64,000 nt of DNA from an uncultured Spirochaetales bacterium (GTDB taxonomy: Bacteria > Spirochaetota > Spirochaetia > JAFGDJ01), in NCBI GenBank assembly GCA_964410865.1, contig CAYPIQ010000009.1:9585-73584 (forward strand). Direction: 5' to 3'. Each line of letters starts with the position of its first letter. Positions within the stretch are counted from its first letter, which is position 1. A model generated the notes under the pieces. It was not told the origin of the DNA, ran no database searches, and saw nothing but the letters and a program-made list of their open reading frames with translations. Made by a program: the position numbers and the translations under genes. Below are positions 57,800 to 64,000 of the stretch, in pieces.

Positions 57800-60100
57800 A
57801 TGAACGGAAAGGCTGCGGAAACCGATACCGACAGGTTAAAGATGCTCTGCGAATTCAGCGAGTTGAGCTGGCTTTTCAACAACTCGGAGGATATCCGCTC
57901 ATTTCTTGATAAAATCGTCCAGATGATATCCAAACACATGCATACCGGTGCGGCCACGGTGTTCCTCTGGAACGATAACACCGAAAGGCTTATCCTGGAA
58001 GCAACCATAGGCCTGGACAAGAGGGCCATCGGAAAGGTAAAACTGAAACCCGGAGAAGGACTCACCGGACGTGCTCTGGAAGACAAACGGCCTATCCTGG
58101 TGGAAAATGCCGATAAACACCCCCAGTTCAAAAGAATTCCCCGCATTCATGAAGAGAAATACAAAAACTTTGTAGCCGTGCCCATACTCAGGGGCATCAC
58201 GAAAATCGGGGTTATCTCGATACAACGGGAAGAAGATCGCCCCTTCAACAATGAAGACGTTCAGGCCCTTACGGTCATTGCCTCCCAGCTTGCCAATATC
58301 CTTGAAAATGCCCGTATGCTCCTTATGTCGGATACCGGCAGAAAAACCACCCCTTATAAAACCCTGCAAATGGAAGCCGGTGAAAGGATCGACGGGAAAA
58401 CGGCCTGTTCGGGGATTACCTACGGGGAAATATTCATACTCAACCGGGAACGCTCCCTTTCAATGCTTTCCGGCGAGCCGGTTTCTTCAAAAGAAACCCT
58501 GGATGAGTTCAAGCAGGCGGTGGAACAAACTCAGAAACAACTCAGTGAGCTGCAGAGCAGAACGGAGGAGCTCCTCGACGATACCGCCTCTCTCATTTTC
58601 ACTTCGCACCTCCTGATCCTCAAGGACCTGGATTTTATAGGTGAAATCGTCAAAAGAATAGAAGACGGTGAAAAACCGGTAAAGGCCGTACTGCGGGTAG
58701 CCGATGCATATAAAAACCTCTTCTCCTCTAACCCGAGTCCCTTTGTACGGGAAAAGGTCCACGACGTGGAGGATGTCATCCTCCGGCTCATCGGAAACCT
58801 GGTCGAAGAAACCGATGCTTCCATCGACATGCACGACAGAATTATTATCGCTAGAGAACTGTACCCCTCCGATATTCTCCACGCTTCGTCGGAAGGAGCG
58901 GCGGGTATCGTTCTCGTAAGCGGCGGTATAACCTCGCATATTTCGATCCTCTCCCAATCTCTCCGGCTGCCCATGGTAATCGTCGACCGACCGGAGCTCA
59001 TGAGCCTGGCTCCCCATCAGCAGGTTCTTCTAGACGGCTTTGCCGGCGCGATTTACATCAATCCCCCCGGAGACCTGGTAAAAAAGATATATGACGAACG
59101 GTCCGAACCCGTCACAGGCGCGGAAAAGACGACAATCCGCAAAACAACGAAAACCCGGGACGGCGTCAAAGTTTCCATCATGGCAAACGTCAATCTCATC
59201 AGCGATGTCGAACAGGCAAACCTCGTACACGCCGAGGGTGTGGGCCTTTATCGTACGGAGTTCCCATTCCTGATCAGAAACAATTTTCCGTCGGAAGAAG
59301 AACAGTATACGATATATAAAAAGGTCTGCGATTCCATGCCCCAAAAACGGATTATTTTCAGAACCCTTGATATCGGGGGCGACAAGATCCTCTCTTACTA
59401 CCAGGATTACCAGGAGCGGAATCCCTTCCTGGGTTTACGGTCGATCCGTTTCTCGCTCAAACACCAGGATACCTTCCGTGAGCAGATACGGGCAATACTG
59501 CGTGCCCCCGAAGGCGGCAGCGTGTGGATCATGTTCCCGATGATATCCTCGGTGGATGAATTCCTCGCGGCAAGGGATATTGTTTTTTCCTGCAAGCATG
59601 AATTACGGAAAGAAAAATACAAGGTTCCCCGGGTTGTAAAGGTCGGAATGATGGTGGAAGTACCCTCGATTACCGAGATCATGCCGGACCTGTGCGAATA
59701 CTCGGATTTTTTCTCTATCGGAACAAACGACTTCATCCAGTATATCCTTGCCGTAGACAGGTCGAATGAGAAGGTAGCGGATTATTACCTTTCCCATCAC
59801 CCGGCAGTCATGAGATCTTTAAAACGCATCGTGGACATAGCCCGGACCCATGGGAGGGAAATTGCCGTATGCGGGGAAATGGCCAGGCAGGAACTGTTTA
59901 TTCCCTTTCTGCTCGGTATCGGAATACGGAACTTCAGCATGGGCGCAACGCATATACAGGGCATCAGGCAACTTATATCAATGATCTCTCTGGAAGAAGC
60001 AACGAAGACCGCTGAGGAAGTTCTGAAAGCACAAGATTGTTCGACATCCGAAAAAATTCTTACCACCACACTGAAAAGAATCAAGAACGGGAAGGAATAA
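57800..60100 (+). CDS. ptsP: phosphoenolpyruvate-protein phosphotransferase, nitrogen-PTS type (Enzyme I-Ntr) with N-terminal GAF domain
   Basis: 766 aa; N-terminal GAF (TVFLWNDNTERLILEATIGL...GEGLTGRAL); EI phospho-histidine, PEP-utilising (GVGLYRTEFPF) and TIM-barrel PEP-binding domains. Confidence 0.8.
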   Translation: MNGKAAETDTDRLKMLCEFSELSWLFNNSEDIRSFLDKIVQMISKHMHTGAATVFLWNDNTERLILEATIGLDKRAIGKVKLKPGEGLTGRALEDKRPILVENADKHPQFKRIPRIHEEKYKNFVAVPILRGITKIGVISIQREEDRPFNNEDVQALTVIASQLANILENARMLLMSDTGRKTTPYKTLQMEAGERIDGKTACSGITYGEIFILNRERSLSMLSGEPVSSKETLDEFKQAVEQTQKQLSELQSRTEELLDDTASLIFTSHLLILKDLDFIGEIVKRIEDGEKPVKAVLRVADAYKNLFSSNPSPFVREKVHDVEDVILRLIGNLVEETDASIDMHDRIIIARELYPSDILHASSEGAAGIVLVSGGITSHISILSQSLRLPMVIVDRPELMSLAPHQQVLLDGFAGAIYINPPGDLVKKIYDERSEPVTGAEKTTIRKTTKTRDGVKVSIMANVNLISDVEQANLVHAEGVGLYRTEFPFLIRNNFPSEEEQYTIYKKVCDSMPQKRIIFRTLDIGGDKILSYYQDYQERNPFLGLRSIRFSLKHQDTFREQIRAILRAPEGGSVWIMFPMISSVDEFLAARDIVFSCKHELRKEKYKVPRVVKVGMMVEVPSITEIMPDLCEYSDFFSIGTNDFIQYILAVDRSNEKVADYYLSHHPAVMRSLKRIVDIARTHGREIAVCGEMARQELFIPFLLGIGIRNFSMGATHIQGIRQLISMISLEEATKTAEEVLKAQDCSTSEKILTTTLKRIKNGKE

Positions 60101-60103
60101 GGT

Positions 60104-61708
60104 TCACCGCGAGGTCTTTCGTTCAGCCGCCGCCCCGATAAAGCCGGCGAACAACGGATGCGGCTCCAGGGGTCTGGAGGTGAATTCAGGATGAAACTGG
60201 ACCCCCGCACCCCAGGGATGTGAAGGCCAGGTTACCGACTCCACCAGTGTTCCGTCCGGGGTCGTCCCCGCTATTACCAGGCCCGCCTCCGTTAGTACGC
60301 CGCGGTATCTATTTGATACCTCGTAGCGATGCCTGTGACGTTCATGAATGCTCTCGGCACCGTATGCTTCGAATACAACATTTCCCGGTACCAACCTGGT
60401 TTCTCCTCGGCCGAGCCGCATGGTGCCCCCGAAGTCCGTTATCCCCACCTGTTCTTCCAGAAGGCTGATAACCGGGTGGGGAGTATCAGGGGCAAATTCC
60501 GTGCTGTCCGCCTTATCAAGCCCGCAGACGTTTCTGGCATATTCGATAACCATAACCTGCAGTCCCAGGCAGATACCCAGATAGGGAGTGCCGCTTTCCC
60601 GGGCGTATCTCGCCGCGCCTATCATACCCTCTATTCCGCGGGAACCGAAACCGCCGGGCACGAGTATTCCGTCCGCCCTATCCAGGGCGGTGTAGGGGGT
60701 TCGGCCATGTTCCAGGTCTTCACTGTCGACCCGGAGAAACTCCACCCTGAGGTGGCAGGCGATACCGCCGTGCCGAAGGGCTTCATACACGGACTTATAG
60801 GCGTCATCCAGGTTGATATACTTTCCTACTACCGCAATGGTAACGGTCTTTTCCGCCCGCTTTATCCCCTCCACCATGGCCGTCCACCGGGAAAGATCTA
60901 CTCTGCTATCGGGTAATCCGAGTTTTGTTACCACCAGACCGTCCAGCTTTTCACGCCTCAGGTCCAGGGGTATCTCGTATATCGTCGTCTCCACGTCGTT
61001 CGCCGAAAGAACGGCTCCTTCTTCTACATTAGTAAACAGGGCTATCTTTTTTTTCATCCCCGGATCCAGCACTTCGGGTGCCCGGCAGAGGAGAATGTCG
61101 GGCTGGATTCCTATCTCCCTGAGCTTCCCAACGGAGTGCTGGGTGGGCTTGGTTTTTAATTCGCCGGCGGCGACCATAGGTATTAATGTAAGGTGAACAT
61201 ACAGTACGTTCTCCCTGCCTACATCGTGGTAGAACTGGCGGGCGGCTTCCAGAAAAGGGATGGATTCGATATCCCCGACGGTGCCGCCTATCTCGATAAT
61301 GGTTATCTTTCCCTCCCCGCCGGCGGATCGAATTCTGCGCTTTATTTCATCGGTTATATGGGGAATTACCTGAACGGTCTTTCCCAGATATCGCCCCTCC
61401 CGCTCCTTTCTGATAACTTCCCTGTAAATCTGTCCGGTAGTTACGGAGTCTTCCTTTGTGGGCGGCGCACTGGTAAACCTGTAATAATTACCCAGATCAA
61501 GGTCGGTCTCCGCCCCGTCGTCTGTTACATACACCTCGCCGTGCTGGTACGGACTCATGGTTCCCGCGTCTACGTTAATGTATGGATCGATCTTTACCAT
61601 ATGTACCGGGATTCCACGGGCTTCAAGAAGGGTTCCGATTGAGGCGGCGGTAATGCCCTTTCCCAGGCTGGAACAGACACCGCCGGTTACAAAAATGTAC
61701 TTATTCAT
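60104..61708 (-). CDS. pyrG: CTP synthase
   Basis: N-terminal synthetase block KYIFVTGGVCSSLGKGITAASIG and C-terminal class-I glutamine amidotransferase with GICLGLQ; start at the internal Met (61708), giving 534 aa; the track ORF is extended by 26 codons. Confidence 0.85.
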   Translation of the reverse strand: MNKYIFVTGGVCSSLGKGITAASIGTLLEARGIPVHMVKIDPYINVDAGTMSPYQHGEVYVTDDGAETDLDLGNYYRFTSAPPTKEDSVTTGQIYREVIRKEREGRYLGKTVQVIPHITDEIKRRIRSAGGEGKITIIEIGGTVGDIESIPFLEAARQFYHDVGRENVLYVHLTLIPMVAAGELKTKPTQHSVGKLREIGIQPDILLCRAPEVLDPGMKKKIALFTNVEEGAVLSANDVETTIYEIPLDLRREKLDGLVVTKLGLPDSRVDLSRWTAMVEGIKRAEKTVTIAVVGKYINLDDAYKSVYEALRHGGIACHLRVEFLRVDSEDLEHGRTPYTALDRADGILVPGGFGSRGIEGMIGAARYARESGTPYLGICLGLQVMVIEYARNVCGLDKADSTEFAPDTPHPVISLLEEQVGITDFGGTMRLGRGETRLVPGNVVFEAYGAESIHERHRHRYEVSNRYRGVLTEAGLVIAGTTPDGTLVESVTWPSHPWGAGVQFHPEFTSRPLEPHPLFAGFIGAAAERKTSR

Positions 61709-61910
61709 CGGGCCATTATTTTTGTTACCACCCCTAATGTCAAGAACTTCCGGAACAGGATCGGATACCTGAATCTCCAGGTCCATGCCGGGGGACAGTA
61801 ATAATGCATTTTCAATTCATGGAAAAATTCGTTTACAGCGCGTTCTTTTTTCAGTATGATAAAAAACGGTCGACGGCCGAAAATCCAGCCAGGCTGATTA
61901 AGGAAAGCAA

Positions 61911-62489
61911 ATGAAAGCGGAGAAAGAAAAAACCCTCAAGAACAGGCAACGCATCGTAAACGCAGCCACCCGACTCATTATGGAAAAAGGCGCCAAGGAA
62001 ACGAGTCTCTCGGATATCGCCCGGGAAGTGGGCATCAGCAAGGGTACTTTGTATTACTATTATCCGACAAAATCTGAATTGATCTTCGATATCACGGACC
62101 GGCACATGCGCCAGATCACCAGCGATATTCTTACCTGGCTGGAAAACATGCAGGAAAAAGTTTCCCCCGACCGGCTCCTTACCGTGGTCTACACTACCCT
62201 GTCCAAAGCGGAGAAACGGGGAAAGTTACACCTCTATCTTATCCAGGAAGCCTTTACGGATAACCCTAACCTGCTCTCACGAATCCGGAACCAGTACACC
62301 GAGTGGAAAACCATGCTCCGCCAGGGGCTCCAGCAAATCGTTCCGGAGAATCCTTCACTTCCCATACTGGCAGAGCTCATCATGGCCAGCCTGGACGGTA
62401 TTATTATACAGAGTATTCTCGGGATCAAGGCCATTCCCATAGACAGAATGACGAAATACCTCCTGGAAAAAAATGAAACATCCTCTTGA
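61911..62489 (+). CDS. TetR/AcrR-family transcriptional regulator
   Basis: 192 aa; N-terminal TetR HTH (TRLIMEKGAKETSLSDIAREVGISKGTLYYYYPTK). Confidence 0.8.
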   Translation: MKAEKEKTLKNRQRIVNAATRLIMEKGAKETSLSDIAREVGISKGTLYYYYPTKSELIFDITDRHMRQITSDILTWLENMQEKVSPDRLLTVVYTTLSKAEKRGKLHLYLIQEAFTDNPNLLSRIRNQYTEWKTMLRQGLQQIVPENPSLPILAELIMASLDGIIIQSILGIKAIPIDRMTKYLLEKNETSS

Positions 62490-62543
62490 CAACTCGAGCA
62501 TTATAATTTATCAATACTAAAGTTTCTTAAACTATACTAAAGT

Positions 62544-63152
62544 ATGAAAGAACATCCTTTCGGAGAAAAACTGAGAAACGTCCGGGAACGAAGGCAGATG
62601 ACCCTGAAGGAAGTAGCCCGGCAGGCCGGAGTAAGCGAAAGCCTCATTTCGCAGATAGAAAGGGATAAAGTATCCCCGTCCATCGACACCCTGCTGAATA
62701 TAACCGATATCCTGGGCATTCATCCGGAATATTTGTTCCGGGGTATGGAACCGGCGGAGGAGATTACGGTTACCCGGGCAAACGAAGGAGCCCTGCTCAT
62801 CGACGGTTTTGCAACCTATCGGAGTCTCTGCTCCCGTCACGAGGAAGACCGGTCACATTCCGGAGCCCGGCGGGGGACAGAGGAAGATAAAAACAGGAGC
62901 ATCGAAGTATTCCGGCTGGAACTGGAACCGGGGGGCAGTCACGGCGCTCCGGATTACGGTCACCGAGGATACGAAATAGGGGTTATTCTCGAAGGAAAGG
63001 CTGTTCTCTTCTATGGAGAGAAACGTATTGAAGTTTCCCCCGGAGACTGCGTTTCCTTTGCGTCGAATATTCCGCATACACTGCAGAATCCCGGTCCGGA
63101 TAAACTGATAAGTCTCTGGTATGTTTCCCCGGAAAGGATATTCAAGCCCTGA
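62544..63152 (+). CDS. XRE-family HTH regulator with C-terminal cupin domain
   Basis: 202 aa; HTH_3 (LRNVRERRQMTLKEVARQAGVSESLISQIERDK) plus a cupin_2-like C-terminus (GDCVSFASNIPHTLQNPG). Confidence 0.75.
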   Translation: MKEHPFGEKLRNVRERRQMTLKEVARQAGVSESLISQIERDKVSPSIDTLLNITDILGIHPEYLFRGMEPAEEITVTRANEGALLIDGFATYRSLCSRHEEDRSHSGARRGTEEDKNRSIEVFRLELEPGGSHGAPDYGHRGYEIGVILEGKAVLFYGEKRIEVSPGDCVSFASNIPHTLQNPGPDKLISLWYVSPERIFKP

Positions 63153-63173
63153 AACATGAGGAGGACCGCATGG

Positions 63174-64000
63174 GCAGAACAACCGCACAGAAAATTTTCG
63201 ATTCGCACCGGATAGATTCCCCGGTGCCCGGCATCCAGGTCTTACGTCTCGACACCGTGTTCTGTCATGAGATAACCACGCCCCAGGCCATTATCGACCT
63301 GCAGGAAAGGAGGAAAGACCGGGTTTTCGATCCCCGCCGTATCAAAGCCGTGATAGATCACGTGTCCCCGGCAAAGGACTCGAAAACCGCCCTGCAGGGT
63401 AAAATTCTGCGGGACTGGGCCAGAAAACACGGCATAACGGATTTCTTCGACATAGGGAGGAACGGTGTGTGTCATGCCCTTTTCCCGGAAAAAGGGTTTG
63501 TCCGGCCGGGAAACGTTATTATCATGGGCGACAGCCATACCTGTACCCATGGGGCCTTCGGAGCTTTCGGCGCCGGCGTCGGTACCACCGATCTTGAAGT
63601 AGGACTTTTAAAAGGGGTGTGCGCCTTCAGGTCTCCGGAAACCATGAACATACATATACACGGCTCTCGCCCGGCGGGGGTCTACGCCAAGGATATTATC
63701 CTCTCGATAATCGGAAAAATCGGCACCGACGGCGCAACAAACCGGGTTATAGAGTTTACCGGGCCGGTGGTTGATACTATGTCCATGGAAGAGCGCATGA
63801 CCATCTGCAACATGGCCGTCGAAGCGGGGGCAACCAGCGGAATCTGCCTTCCGGATATGACGACGGTCCGGTATCTCTGGCCGCATATCGAGGGAGAATT
63901 CGGCACCCCTGAAGACGCCTGCGCCGAGTATTCCACCTTTGCATCCGATCCCGACGCGGTGTACGCGGAATACATCGATGTGGATATTTCCAACCTCGAG
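63174..64000 (+). CDS. aconitase-family dehydratase large subunit (LeuC type-2 / homoaconitase-like), 3'-truncated by window end
   Basis: GAGGAGGA RBS then MGRTTAQKIFDSH...; aconitase-family Cys ligand region GDSHTCTHGAFGAFGAGVGTTD; runs off the window. Confidence 0.7.

Noticed and set aside
1-64000. CRISPR arrays, tRNA or rRNA genes, integrase or attachment sites
   Set aside because: No regularly spaced direct repeats, no tRNA-like cloverleaf candidates in any non-coding gap, and no tyrosine or serine recombinase ORFs were seen on either strand

Overview
High-GC (~58%) bacterial chromosome segment, probably from an anaerobe with a spirochaete-like envelope. It carries many Cys-lipobox lipoproteins, a BMP-family nucleoside ABC transporter, ptsP and a sigma-54 regulator. 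The organism assignment is an inference.

Layout, left to right:
(1) 1-2150: radC, a MoaE-like gene and a decayed higB/higA-like toxin-antitoxin remnant in an AT-rich patch.
(2) 2154-22661: one minus-strand co-directional block of 16 genes that looks like an anaerobic purine/nucleoside catabolic supercluster. Starting from the promoter end it encodes an HpcH-family aldolase, two SsnA-like amidohydrolases, a BMP-type ABC transporter (substrate-binding protein, ATPase, two permeases), a tungsten-type aldehyde:ferredoxin oxidoreductase (AOR), a 4Fe-4S ferredoxin, a PreA-like dihydropyrimidine dehydrogenase (DPD) subunit, a GntR regulator, a D-2-hydroxyacid dehydrogenase, an M20 amidohydrolase, a 938-aa XdhD/MOP-like Mo-Fe-S oxidoreductase, a transketolase and a hydantoinase. 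A sigma-70 promoter with an overlapping perfect palindromic operator sits just upstream of the block (22690-22740).
(3) 22800-24050: an insertion-sequence graveyard with an IS21 IstB fragment and a split IS110-family transposase.
(4) 24096-34095: a 2963-aa signal-peptide-bearing, coiled-coil-rich giant protein with a central helical-hairpin membrane anchor, co-transcribed with a lipoprotein.
(5) 34220-46440: a translationally coupled 8-gene envelope operon (TPR lipoprotein, small lipoprotein, TolC-like outer-membrane factor (OMF), membrane-fusion protein (MFP), two Ig-like lipoproteins, two tandem RND pumps), followed by a REC-GAF-PAS-HisKA_2 hybrid kinase.
(6) 48640-51045: a structured leader or sRNA candidate with an intrinsic terminator, then feoAB. 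A LysO-like membrane pseudogene abuts feoB convergently.
(7) 51591-64000: a short-chain dehydrogenase (SDR), a Na+/solute symporter (SSS family), a sigma-54 promoter driving a small secreted protein next to a sensor kinase and sigma-54 activator (ZraPSR-like layout), ptsP (EI-Ntr), pyrG, a TetR regulator, an XRE-cupin regulator and the start of a LeuC-type aconitase-family dehydratase.

The most novel-looking items are the giant-protein/lipoprotein locus, the atypical 8-gene RND envelope operon, and the Mo/W-enzyme purine cluster with its operator. No CRISPR arrays, tRNAs or rRNAs were seen.
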